64,000 nt of DNA. It comes from Naegleria gruberi (Eukaryota). The notes below the pieces were generated by a model. That model saw nothing but the letters and a program-made list of their open reading frames with translations, was not told where the DNA came from and made no database searches. Position numbers and translations under genes: made by a program. Below, one piece after another: positions 21,564 to 32,709 of this stretch (its first letter is position 1; each line of letters starts with the position of its first letter). Where the stretch lies: assembly GCA_000004985.1 (NCBI GenBank), contig GG738855.1. One strand, written 5' to 3'.

Positions 21564-23453
21564 TTACTCTTCTTCATAATCTTCTTCAAAGCCAAGATCA
21601 GAGTGGTATGATCTTCTATTGTTATTGTTTGAATCAAAGAATGATCTACCACCTCTGGTTGAGCTTCCACCTCTACTACTACTGAATCCACCTCTACTAC
21701 CACCACCTCTACCATTGGCCATGCCAAATCCACCTCTACTACCACCTCCAAAGAAGTTTGAGGAACCTCCTCTACCTCCTCTGCTACCGCCTCCTCTGAA
21801 TCCCTTGGCATATCTGAGTTTATCTCTTCCTTCAACAATGAATGGTGGGACTTCTTGTTTGGCTTCTTCTAATACAGTAATAAGGTCATCAGCAATTTGA
21901 TTATTCTTATCAGTAAAGAAACTAGTACTAATACCAGTATTACCAGCACGACCAGTTCTACCAATTCTGTGAACATAATCTTCAATATTTTCTGGAAGAT
22001 CATAATTAATAACGTGACCTACATCGTTGATATCTAAACCTCTACTAGCAACATCAGTTGCGACCAAAATTGGTGTGATACCTCTTCTAAAGTTTTCAAG
22101 AGCTGTTTCTCTTTCTCTTTGTGTTTTATCTCCGTGAATGGATGATGATTTGAAACCATTCTTCATTAAGAAGTATTCCAAGATACTAGCTTCCTTCTTA
22201 GTCTTGACAAATACCAATGTAAGTGTTTCAACAGATGCAATAGCTTCAAGCATCAAGTCACGTTTCTCGTCGTCTTTGCAATAAACAAACTTTTGCAAAA
22301 TATTTTCGTGAGTACTACCGACTCTACCAACAGTCAAGTTCAAATTGTTGTGTAAAAAGTCACGGGCCAAAGTTTGAATATTCTTTGGGAAAGTAGCACT
22401 GAACATAAGTGTGATACGTTGGCCTGGAGCTGGCATACCAGTCTTTTCTACAATATAACGAATTTGTGGTTCGAAACCCATATCTAACATTCTATCGGCT
22501 TCGTCCAAAACCAAGTATTGAACATTGTGGAGGGAAATTGAACCTCTGTCAATGAGGTCAACCAATCTACCAGGTGTAGCAACCAAAATGTCACAACCTC
22601 TTTCTAATTGTTTAAGTTGATATTGAATAGCAGCACCACCATAAGCAACGACAGTTCTTCTACCAGTGTGATAAGTAAACTTTCTAGATTCATCATAAAT
22701 TTGAGTACTCAATTCACGAGTTGGAGCCATAATCAAAACAGATGGACAAGTAACAAGGGTATCCATCAATTCAGGATGAGGCATAACAGTTTCGTAACCA
22801 GGTTGAGTCATCAAATTAGAAATGATAGGGAACAAGAAAGCGCAAGTCTTACCAGAACCTGTTTGTGCACAAGACAATAAATCTCTACCAGCAAGGACGA
22901 TAGGAATACTGTGCTTTTGGACAGGTGTTGGTTTACCAAAACCAGCTCTTTCAATGTTTTGCATCAACTTTGGTGGAAGGTTGGCTTCCTTGAAAGCAGC
23001 AATTGGTGGAATAATATCTTTACCAGTGACTTTAACTGGAATGTCTTCATAGGCATCAAAGTTAATACCGGTACTCTTAGACTTGAAGAGTTCTTCAGTT
23101 TCAACATCTTCTCTGGTGTAAGCATCTCTACTACGGTCAGTGAAGGCTGGCTTTCTTTCTTCTCTATCATAACTTCTTCTGTTGTCATAGCTTCTTCTAT
23201 TGTTGTCAAAAGAGTCATTGTCATCCGATTTGCTCCAATCAACAGCTACTCTACTATTGGTTGGTTTGTTGTTGTTATTGTTGGAACTGAAGATATCACC
23301 AGTGAATTTTCTTTGTTGGGCAGAACCATTACCATTACTGCTGCTGTTTTGTCTTTGTGAGAATGGTTTATCGCTTGATGAAGATGATGATGGTGGAGAG
23401 TCAGCTTGTTCCAAAAGCTTTTGTCTCATATGAGGGGGAATGTATTTGGACAT
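21564..23453 (-). CDS. DEAD-box ATP-dependent RNA helicase, DDX3/Ded1/PL10 subfamily
   Basis: The true start is the ATG encoding MSKYIPPHMRQ, the DDX3 eIF4E-binding YIPPHLR motif; the upstream part of the ORF track is a non-ATG artefact. Motifs: Q-motif (GFGKPTPVQ), motif I AQTGSGKT, Ia PTRELS, DEAD (VLDEADRMLDMGF), SAT, HGD..QRER, HRIGRTGR. The C-terminal tail is RGG/FGG-rich. The 629-aa frame is continuous with no intron. Confidence 0.85.
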   Translation of the reverse strand: MSKYIPPHMRQKLLEQADSPPSSSSSSDKPFSQRQNSSSNGNGSAQQRKFTGDIFSSNNNNNKPTNSRVAVDWSKSDDNDSFDNNRRSYDNRRSYDREERKPAFTDRSRDAYTREDVETEELFKSKSTGINFDAYEDIPVKVTGKDIIPPIAAFKEANLPPKLMQNIERAGFGKPTPVQKHSIPIVLAGRDLLSCAQTGSGKTCAFLFPIISNLMTQPGYETVMPHPELMDTLVTCPSVLIMAPTRELSTQIYDESRKFTYHTGRRTVVAYGGAAIQYQLKQLERGCDILVATPGRLVDLIDRGSISLHNVQYLVLDEADRMLDMGFEPQIRYIVEKTGMPAPGQRITLMFSATFPKNIQTLARDFLHNNLNLTVGRVGSTHENILQKFVYCKDDEKRDLMLEAIASVETLTLVFVKTKKEASILEYFLMKNGFKSSSIHGDKTQRERETALENFRRGITPILVATDVASRGLDINDVGHVINYDLPENIEDYVHRIGRTGRAGNTGISTSFFTDKNNQIADDLITVLEEAKQEVPPFIVEGRDKLRYAKGFRGGGSRGGRGGSSNFFGGGSRGGFGMANGRGGGSRGGFSSSRGGSSTRGGRSFFDSNNNNRRSYHSDLGFEEDYEEE

Positions 23454-24338
23454 ATTCTTTTTATCGTTTCTATAAAATTGTTTGGATAAATGATTAGTTT
23501 TTATACTTTGTAAAACATAAACTCCTTCAAGTTGGCAATGAACATTCGATAACAACAAAAGTAAAAATAGTTTGTTATCAACATCAGGATAAACATTAGA
23601 TAAATTTTGGATAATATTTGTTTCAACCGCATAGTGTCGATAGATAGCAATGATAGAATATTAATTTCAAAAGGGTCAAAATGAATATTAATACGTTGTT
23701 TAAACATACCTTGTGATAGGGTAATTGATGGGATTGTTGTATTTTTTTTGACCAATTTTTGCAAAGTCAGCATTATTTCAATGTTGTTGGAGAATCTTTT
23801 GCGTCACGTGGATTGAATATTCTTTAATGTTGCTTGTGCAAAGTAACCTAGGTTTTAATAATTATCTAGCTATTAATAATAATTGAAGGTAATGTATTGT
23901 ATTAATCGATGATAATATCTGTTTAATACTTGATGTTATAGACAATTTTGCTTTTTGTTTTCCTATAGATTATCAAAAATCGGTTTAAAGTGTGGTAATG
24001 AGGAATATCGAGATGATGATTATGTTGATATAGAATCCGATTCAAAAAACTCATTAGAAAAACAAGGGTTTTATACACCAATACTCACCAGCTAAAATTG
24101 TTCAATTTTTTTGTTCAATTAATTTTTCATCTTTTAAATTGATTGCTTCACCATTCAGCAATGGACAACAGTGGGAGATTTAAAATTGACCTGAAATTGA
24201 ATTATTATATTATTTAAATGATTGTAATTCTTCAAGAATTGGAATGTGTATGATTAGCAGTTCCTTCAATGTTCTCAAAACCATTGAGTCACTTACAATT
24301 TCATTTTCTCAATAATTGTGGAAAATCAAGAAGAAAAA

Positions 24339-25295
24339 ATGTCATCATCATTGGATATGGAAAAGTTATTGAATGAATCTTGGAGAACAACCAATCTCCC
24401 TGAAATCATTAAAAAACAAAAAGATGCTGAAAAGTTTATTGGTACCACAAGAAGTAAAGATGTTATTCCTAAACTTGAAAATACCTTCAGAGCACTAAAT
24501 GATATGAAATCAGTCTCTGATTGCAAAGTTGTCATCTTCGGACAAGGTATGTTTGAATGTAGTTGTGTGATTATTTACTTTAATAATGATTATCATCACT
24601 AGATCCATATCCGAGAGAAGAAAGTGCAATTGGTGTTGCTTTTTATGATGGTCAAATTAAAAAGTGGTCAGATGCCATGTCTCCTTCATTTAGAAATATC
24701 ATTAAAAATGTTTTGATCAGTGCTGATGAATTGAAAACTTCTGATAAAGTGGAAGCATTGAGAAGTAAAATTGAAAAGTTGAAATTACTTCCTCCACCAC
24801 AATGGTTTGAAGATACCATGTCACAAAATGTACTGTGGCTCAATACTGCATTGACTTTTAGTGGAAAGGAGAAAACTGACTTGGATAAGCATACTAAATT
24901 CTGGAAACCAATTATTGAAGGAATTTTACAAGTAGTTTTGAAAGCAACTGAGAAGGGAATTGTATTTGTACTTTGGGGAGGAATTGCTAAAAAGTTAAAG
25001 ACCACGATCAATAATATTGCCAAGAAGGAGGGTAAAACTGTTAAATTTGTCGGTAAGTTTAGGTAGAATTAGTTCAATCTAATTGAAAATTAAAGAGGCT
25101 AACCATCCAGCTGTAGAATCATTCCACGATGTGAACTCATTTTCAGACATTAACAAACATCTCAAAGAGTTAGGTCATGAAGAAATTGATTGGCTTCCAA
25201 CTTCAAAGAAGAGAAAACAAGAAGAATCAAAGACAACTACCACAAGCTCGTCATCAGATAATGACGAATCATCTTTAAAAAAACAAAAGAAGTAA
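24339..25295 (+). CDS. uracil-DNA glycosylase, family 1 (UNG-like, divergent); 3 exons (24339..24546, 24603..25052, 25096..25295)
   Basis: ATG at 24339 (aaaaaATGtca); the ORF-track start is a GTG. Intron 1 is 24547-24602 (GTATGT..CTAG) and restores the motif VVIFGQ|DPYPREES (the UNG GQDPYH loop). Intron 2 is 25053-25095 (GTAAGT..AAAG). Conserved elements: ESW near the N-terminus, SFRNIIKNV (for SLENIYKEL), VLWLNTALT (VLLLNAVLT, uracil-specificity Asn), VFVLWGGIAKK (VFLLWGSYAQKK), ANHPAVESF (AHPSPLS, catalytic His) and EEIDW at the C-terminus. The tail is acidic and S-rich with a KKRK. Confidence 0.65.
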
Positions 25296-25390
25296 ACTAT
25301 TAATGGGAATATTTATTGCCATACGACAAGAAGTACCAACTTTGGAATCGTTAAACAATTCAAAAAAAATGACCAAAGAGTTAAGGAAAG

Positions 25391-25780
25391 TTGTTCACCT
25401 TGAAAAATTTCCACCCCTCACTGAATTCAAGCCTTCCTTTTCAGCTTCACATTGTGAGTATAACAACTCTTAAACATCGCTTCCTTCGTGAGGACCAACT
25501 TTTTTTTGATGGAATGGTAAAGGACCACTTTGTATGTGGGAAAGAAAGCCAAGAGTTCCAAGGTTATTCACAAACAGCAAAGGACAAACTAACAAGTATG
25601 GTCAACTGGCCAAATTGCAAAATTGTTGAATACAGTGCTGCAAAAGACTTACTATTTGACAGGTATTTTATTAGAGTGTTTGTAGATAAAGAATTTCATG
25701 ATTCTCTCGATTCTCTCGCCACGTACATTGATAATGGTTCAATTAGATTGATAAGATCAAGTGTGAAAGATCATTTCTGA
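25391..25780 (+). CDS. hypothetical protein (start uncertain)
   Basis: 129-aa ORF whose track start is a TTG. An overlapping ATG ORF from about 25369 (MTKELRKVVHLEKF...) in another frame ends at a GTGAGT site, so there may be a spliced 5' exon. No family is recognised. Confidence 0.2.
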   Translation: MFTLKNFHPSLNSSLPFQLHIVSITTLKHRFLREDQLFFDGMVKDHFVCGKESQEFQGYSQTAKDKLTSMVNWPNCKIVEYSAAKDLLFDRYFIRVFVDKEFHDSLDSLATYIDNGSIRLIRSSVKDHF

Positions 25781-26107
25781 ACCGATATACCAGAAGTTCA
25801 AAAATTAACTCTAGAAAATGTCAAGACGATAACTGTTGGATTGATATCATCGTTTACAGATTTAGAGCCCATTCTATTATTTATATGTACTCTTGATGTG
25901 TCAGGTAATGAAATTCTTGAATACTATGGGTCAACTCCTAACTGCAGTTGTTGTGTACAGGGTAAAAGAGTTTTAAAGATGGTGATAATGATCAAAATCA
26001 TCATTGTTCAAAATTATATTGGCAAAGCATTTTGAGGTTCGTCTTTATTAAATTAAGAATGACATTAATAATCCGTATCGATAATCTCACAACTTAACTT
26101 CCTTTGA

Positions 26108-28343
26108 ATGAATGGCGTCAAAAAAATGCTCGCATCAACCTCAACAGCTTTCCCTCAATCATCATCATTCGATGGTAACAATAATGAGGAAAATTCAAAG
26201 CAATCTTTTCGGAAGTTGAGAATTGAGGCACCACCAATAGTACAATATGAATTTGATAGAAGAGGAGGAGGAAGTACATCAAAACAACTTCCTCCACTAT
26301 TAGCAAATCAACCAAGAACCATTTCCAATGGTGATATTCTCTCCACTCCAACTAACAGGAGGTTATCTCCCGTGCTTAAGAGATCGATGAGTGCATCACC
26401 ATCAACAGAAATGGGACTTGAATCACCGGTCCTTCTAATTTCTAAACCTTTTGAAAGTGAAAATGATGGCTTTGAGCCGGGAGAGGCATCAGAAGCTGAA
26501 TTGTTGGAAAGAGGTGCACTCTTTTATTCACCACTTTTCATTTAGGAACAGATTAACAGTAGGACCTGAGATTAGGTCCCCAACACCTCCAAGGCTAAAG
26601 AGAGGGTATTCAAATAGATCTCTCAAAGAAATACCTACAGAATTACTCCCAACCATTGTCTCAGTATCATCACCAACATCATCTAATCTTTCACCCTCTC
26701 CACTATTAGAGGAAGTCAGAAGACAACAAGGTGACCTTTCCATTCCTATTTCTCCTTCTTCAAACTCATCACTTCCTCCAACACCACCATCAATTAAAGG
26801 AAGACTCTCGAAACAACCTTCATTTACAGATCCTAATGCTAGAAGAATGAAAAGTTCGGGAAGTTCAACTGGTACCTTTCTTACGGAAGTTTCCTTAAAG
26901 TCTATGGATAGTTTTTTCATTCCAAGCCCTCCTAAACAAGTTCATTTACTTCCAGATTTTCTCTTTTCCCCCCAAACAGAAAATATTGAAAATTGCAGAT
27001 TTCCTTCTGATTTTAATAATCCTCAATTTCCAAGAAATAGACCCCTAAATCCAAAATATGTGTTGAACAAGACTCTCATACTATATTTCCCTTCTCTCTT
27101 CTCAGATTACACTAATTCAGAACATAGAATTCAGTTTAATGACTTATTTTTGACAGAGCAAAATCAATCGATACTAATTGACTCTTTTTGGTGGTTTTTC
27201 TTGACTGTATTTTCAAAGGATTATCTTTTAAGAAAAGCAGTTCAATATTACGAGTACATGATAGAGAAGGAGTTGGAGAAGAGAAAAGAAAAGAATAACT
27301 TTTTCCTAAGAAAGGAACAACACAAAGTTTACAAAGAGAAAGGAGAGAATTGGGCAAACCAAGTTTATAAGAAACTTTTAGGAGAATTACCTGCCATTGA
27401 AAATAGAATTTCTAATAATTATGCAGAGCTTGTTGTTAAATTTATTACTCACAGATCTTACACCATCAAGACAAATATACAACTTGATTTGGATGATATA
27501 TTTATTGAGGTTATTTCGAAATCTGTTTTTCTTGCTTATGGGTTAAATTTTCCAGATTGTCATGAAATATTCGAAACAGAAGCGTTTCAAGCAAGAGTAG
27601 CGAGACAATTTCAATTGTGGTGTTTTGGTGTCTGTACCATTAATTTACCATTTCTTGACACCTTATGGATGTTTAAAATGGAGTTGAAATCACCTCCCTA
27701 TGTAAGGGATGAGCATTCTCTATCTCCAAAGCAAAGATTCAAGAGAGCTATCCAAGCTGTCAGAGTTGGTTACAATGAAAGTATTGTTAAAACAAAGGAA
27801 GTGAGAGAAGAATTAGAAAAGGCATTGGATAACCTTGAATATAATGATTATTCACCAGCCTACAATTTATTTGAGATGTTTTTTGAAGATGAATCTGAAT
27901 TTGCAGCAATTAGAAAACAAAACAAAAGGTTGCAAATTATGGAGGCGTTCACTTCTGGAGCTACTCTTAAAGAAGAAGAATTGAATGAAATTATTGAATG
28001 TGACGATAGGGATGAAGAGCTATTTATTGAACTTCAAATATTAAAAGAAAAGAAGGAAAAGAACATATTTGCCAAACCTCTTCCTTCTAAAGATATCAAG
28101 GAAATAGCTGCTGTCAGAGAGAAAGCTTGGTATGAAATGGGTGAAGGAACAACTAAAACGCTTGTTACAAATATTAAACAAGTGAAAACACTAGGAACCT
28201 TTAAAACCTATTCACACAGCAAAAAATCAAGCCCTCTAGTTTCTCAATATTTGACCTTACTTCGTCACAATAAGGCAACTCAAAGAAAGCAAGAACGATT
28301 TGAAAAGAGAATGGAATTAAGAAAAAATTACATGAAGGAATAG
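26108..28343 (+). CDS. hypothetical protein, S/P-rich N-terminal half and structured C-terminal half; internal frame transition unresolved
   Basis: ORFs 26108-26545 and 26451-28343 overlap in different frames around 26500-26560, so there is either a very small intron or a 1-nt assembly error. The N-terminal half is low complexity with many SP/TP sites; the C-terminal 400 aa is non-repetitive (e.g. QLWCFGVCTINLPFLDTLWMF) with no recognised family. Confidence 0.4.
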
Positions 28344-28426
28344 TATTTGTAAATTCTAGTGCAAATTTAGAATGGATTGCTTTGCGAGAGAAGAAATACC
28401 CATTGGTGCATTGGTGCCGAGAATAG

Positions 28427-28915
28427 ATGATACACTTTAAAAAAATGTTTTCATTCAATGATATCGATTGTATCCTTCCTGGAAAGCTCTATCTCGGAAA
28501 CGAACTAGGAGCTGATTGTCTAGAATCATTACAAGAACACTCAATCACACATGTAGTGCAGATAAGAAGTCCTTTCCTTTATTATTCATCAATTGTTCCT
28601 TTTCCTGATAATTTCAAATATCTTCAGTTAAATTTTGCTGATAACGACAAGACAGAAATTCAACAATACTTTTCCGAGACTTTTGAATTTATTTCCTCTG
28701 CTTTGGAAAATTCTGGAATTGTGTATGTGCACTGTGCAATGGGTGTTTCTAGAAGTTCATCAATTGTAATTGCTTTTCTAATGAAATATATGAAATTAGA
28801 TTTCAATAATGCACTTTCAATAGTTGAGAGATGTAGACCTATTGTTCAACCAAATCAAGGATTCATCAAACAATTACAAGAATATGAAAATAAATTAAAG
28901 GAACAATCTCTGTGA
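28427..28915 (+). CDS. dual-specificity protein phosphatase (DUSP family)
   Basis: ATG at 28427 (alternative ATG at 28445 in an aaaaaaATG context). The active-site signature is VHCAMGVSRSSSIVIAFLMKY (HCxxGxxRS) with the typical following helix. 162 aa. Confidence 0.7.
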   Translation: MIHFKKMFSFNDIDCILPGKLYLGNELGADCLESLQEHSITHVVQIRSPFLYYSSIVPFPDNFKYLQLNFADNDKTEIQQYFSETFEFISSALENSGIVYVHCAMGVSRSSSIVIAFLMKYMKLDFNNALSIVERCRPIVQPNQGFIKQLQEYENKLKEQSL

Positions 28916-28979
28916 TAGCAGATTCATTTCAGTATGCCGAAAATTAAATATTAATAATTTAAATTCTTAGAAATAAAAA

Positions 28980-30179
28980 ATGCTTCAACAATCAACAAGA
29001 TTTGCACTCAGAAAATTTAATCATCATCACACCCCTTCGGGTTTATTATTTTGGAATCCGTCATGTAATTCCTTCCACGCTAATAATTGTTTTAAACAAG
29101 CAAGCGAAGGAACACCATCAAAAAGCATGGATGTTATTTATCAGGAATTAGAAAATCAGAGACAATATTACTTGAATTACGTAAAGAAGAAGGAAGAAAC
29201 AGATGAAGAAGTTCTTCAAAATTATAATGCTCTTTTTAGACCATTTTTAAAAGCCTATATTAAAGATATTCGTTTTCTAGTTGATCGTTATGAACCTCTC
29301 CGAATTCAAAAAGAAATAGAAAAGGATATTAAAGATGGTAATATGCCAAAGAAATACAATGTTAGTTGGGTTACACCTAGTGCTGTTAGTCAATTTAGAA
29401 CTGAAAATCAACCTCTTGCATTAAGACTTCTTGGTTTCTTTGGACAAGAATCAATTATTAACAGATCCACTGACTTTGTCTGGAACATGATATTAAATCA
29501 TATCAATGCTATTAGAAAGAGTGGAATTTATGAAAAAGTTAATCTTGGTAATGTTAGTTGGACTGGTTCAGACTTTTTCGTTTGGACTTTACATTTGTGG
29601 GTAATTTTCAGAAGATTACGTTTTGAAGGAAGTGATGGCGATTTAATGTCAAAGAAATTGTGTGATAGATTTTGGAATTATGTTGAACATTACATTAATG
29701 ATACTTATAAGGTTAATGCATATACTCTTCCAAAGAATTTAAAGAGACTCCAACAAATTCACTACGGTATTTGTATTCAATTGGATGAAATTCTTGATTT
29801 GGAAAATTCTGCCAACACAACTGATTCTGCTCCTTCCTCATGGGATCCAAAAACTTTATCAGAACTTATTAAGGATTCTTCAGATCAAGATTCTTTGATT
29901 GCAGAAGTTGTTTGGAGAAATTTCTATTGTGGTGGTGTTGAATTTAAAAACTTGGATGTTGACGATACAGTTTCTGGTGAGGTTGAAGTGACAGCAGAGG
30001 ATGTATTATTCTGGACTAGATATATTCGTTACTTGTTGTGTTGGACTGATCACGTCGACTCTGTAATTTTGATGAGAGGATTATTCCATTATCACTTGCC
30101 TCAAGATGATTTTGTAACAAAATTCAAAGCAGGAGATGCTGCATTCGCTCCACCTTATCTTCCAACTACCAAAAAATAA
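28980..30179 (+). CDS. possible ubiquinol-cytochrome c reductase assembly factor (Cbp3/UQCC1-like), mitochondrial
   Basis: The N-terminus MLQQSTRFALRKFNHHH resembles a basic, hydroxylated mitochondrial presequence. The central block DFFVWTLHLWVIFRRLRFEG resembles the Cbp3/UQCC1 chaperone-domain signature (F.W..LH.WM...R). The family assignment is from memory and moderate. Confidence 0.45.
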   Translation: MLQQSTRFALRKFNHHHTPSGLLFWNPSCNSFHANNCFKQASEGTPSKSMDVIYQELENQRQYYLNYVKKKEETDEEVLQNYNALFRPFLKAYIKDIRFLVDRYEPLRIQKEIEKDIKDGNMPKKYNVSWVTPSAVSQFRTENQPLALRLLGFFGQESIINRSTDFVWNMILNHINAIRKSGIYEKVNLGNVSWTGSDFFVWTLHLWVIFRRLRFEGSDGDLMSKKLCDRFWNYVEHYINDTYKVNAYTLPKNLKRLQQIHYGICIQLDEILDLENSANTTDSAPSSWDPKTLSELIKDSSDQDSLIAEVVWRNFYCGGVEFKNLDVDDTVSGEVEVTAEDVLFWTRYIRYLLCWTDHVDSVILMRGLFHYHLPQDDFVTKFKAGDAAFAPPYLPTTKK

Positions 30180-30341
30180 ATACAGGGACAACTAATATAA
30201 AATTCAGTCAACTAAGGTTTTATTTGTTGGATTGGGATGGTTTCAATTTACAATATTTTCTCTCTGAAAGCAATTAAAATCATTGGTTGACTAAAAATAT
30301 TAGAAAATGCCAAAACTCGAATTATATTTTAAACTCCAAAT

Positions 30342-31491
30342 CTATTCGTTTGATGATGATGCTGTTGCTGCCTTTTCCTTTTGTTTTTCTTCGTACTTTT
30401 GTAAAAATCGCAAAGCAACAAGAGAGGCATTTTGTTCAGCCAGTTTACGACTAGGGAATAATTTTGACAACATGAATTCCTTCTTGATTGGTTTTTCAAT
30501 AACTACTGAGATTCTTTCACCATTTTCTTGTGGATTTTGTTTTGGAAGCTTTTCATATTTAGCATCTGGGTATTTTCTAGATTGTGTATAGTTCAATAAT
30601 TGTTCCTTTGGAGTTTGTTTTTCCTTCCAAGAAGATGGATCATATTCCTCATCAATTTCTTCACTAATTTCTTCCTCATCATCACCTTCCAAGAACAAAT
30701 CTTCATCGATAGCATCTTCTGGAATTTCATAGACGGTTTCATCAGCTTCTTCGTCATCTACGAAGAGAGCTTCATTCATCTTGAACAATTCACGACCAGA
30801 CAAACCTTGACCAGACTTTTCATAGAGAGCCATTTGTAATTTACGTTTTCTTTCTTCTTCCTTCTTTTGTTGTTCAACCTTGAATTGCTTCCATTTAGTG
30901 AAGGATTCATATGTAACAGGTGTACCATCCATAATCTTGGCTCTTTCCTTTTCAACAATTTCTTCAATAGAAAGTTCAGCTTCATCAGCCATTTCTTGTT
31001 CAAGGGAATCAAAGGTAACTTCTTCACCTTCTTGTCCTTCTTCTGTTGATGCTTCTTCAGCCTTTTCATCCTTCTTACCATCAATAGTTTTGAACAAATC
31101 CTTTAATTCTTGTTCTCTCTTCTTTTGAGCCAACTTTTCAAGACGTTTCTTTTCCTTTTCTGCCATTTCCTGCTTGACTTTCTTGTCATGGACTTGGTTA
31201 ACAGTGTTGGAAACACTCTTAACATAGGTTTGAACGGTCTTTGATTTGTTCTTATTCTTCAAACCAAAGGTCTTGTCTTCAATAATTTTGTTTTTTTGTT
31301 TCTACAAGAACAACAACATTCCGCATACAAGTATTCGTTAATGATACAAATTATCCAATAATTCAATACAATTATAACAACATAATAATAAGCGTCATCA
31401 CAAGAACGATTGAAGTACTCCATCAATAACAACATTCCGTTAAAAAACTTACTTGCTCAGTCTTCTTGCTCACTTTTGGTGGTCCAGCCAT
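30342..31491 (-). CDS. ZC3H15/DFRP1 (yeast Tma46)-like DRG-binding protein lacking CCCH zinc fingers; 2 exons (31491..31453, 31301..30342)
   Basis: Exon 1 encodes MAGPPKVSKKTEQ with a GTAAGT donor; the 151-nt intron (about 31302-31452) is followed by [30 protein letters not shown], which matches the ZC3H15 N-terminus (..[28 protein letters not shown]). The C-terminal region (TYESFTKWKQFK...LSGRELFKMNEALFVDDEEADE) matches the DFRP domain (ITLESFLAWKKRKR...ISGREVFEF...VNDDDEEADD). The region where the two C-x8-C-x5-C-x3-H fingers normally lie is continuous ORF with no Cys. Confidence 0.6.
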
Positions 31492-31686
31492 TTTTCAAAA
31501 ATATTTTTTTTTACAACGCGTTTTATGAAATTGAATTTTATTCCGAAGCCATGCTTATGGCCCTTTGTGTCTTCATGTTCATCACTTGAATAGACAAGAA
31601 CATGAAACAATATTATAATATTTCTAACAAAATGTCATCTAAGAATAAGCGATTTTTGAAAAATTACTCTGATTTAATATTTTTAT

Positions 31687-32709
31687 TTACATTAAATAAA
31701 TCAATGAAAGCAAAATTGAAAGAATGAGAGTGCCAAAACCTTGGAAAAGTGAAATGCCTAGAGAAACTCTGCCAATATTCCTTGTAGTGATGGTTCCAAA
31801 GAGGTATGGATCAGAGAAGAGTCTAACGGTGCAATTAGTGCAACCAGTTGTGTTGAGTTTAAGGAATTGCTTAAACTCAATGGTATCACCAACAATGGCA
31901 TGAACTGTGACATTTGTAGAAACAGCTGCATACAAGCTGGTATAGTCACCAAAAGGAACGAGTTGAGCTCCAGAAAATTGAGTTTGAACTGTATTTTGAT
32001 AAATGGTTCCTTTCAAAAATCCAATTTTAACATCAGTTCTATTCAATTGTGGAGCAGTTGGTGTTGAAATACTTGGGTCCAAATTAGATCTCATATACGC
32101 AGGAGAAGAGTATCCATAATTACATTGAAAGTGTGCTTTTTGCTCTCTTGCTTCGTTTTGAGCTGTTGTGAATAAAATTTACAAATGTGATGAATTACTT
32201 ATTTAACTATTTAACTTTCTAAAATTAAACTTACCAACATTTGATGTCACAACATCACACTCACCATTATTTACAGCTTTTGCCATAGTTTCAAAGAAGC
32301 CCAAAGCAGCCAAGTTATAGGTTCTATATGCATATGCAAGATTAGTCTTGTAATTTGTATTAATTAATGAAACAATTGACTTTCCAACCAAGTGAAAAAC
32401 TTCTGAATATGGATAGACAGCGTCATCTTCAAAACACATTGTTAAATTTGTTCTTCCAACGAAAGGGTTTTTAGTTGGGAAGGCAGTGAGACCAGACCCA
32501 CAGAGAGGATTAGCCAACCCCATCAATTCCTCATATTTTGATGTGAAAGAACTGTCTTTCAACATTAGCTTGACTGCATAATCGATGGCATCTGTGAAAT
32601 CTTGTGAAACAGTTATCTGAGCATTCAAAGTGGCTACAAGGGAAGCAAGTGCCACCAGTAAAACTATAATGAAATGGATGGTGTGTTTTTGTGATGTGGA
32701 GTGTCTCAT
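31687..32709 (-). CDS. secreted, probably GPI-anchored, hypothetical protein; 2 exons
   Basis: The N-terminus MRHSTSQKHTIHFIIVLLVALASLVATLNAQ is a signal peptide (ORF 32203-32709). After a roughly 108-nt intron, ORF 31687-32094 ends in the hydrophobic tail GISLFQGFGTLILSILLSLIYLM, consistent with a GPI signal. There are several N-x-T/S sites. Confidence 0.4.
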
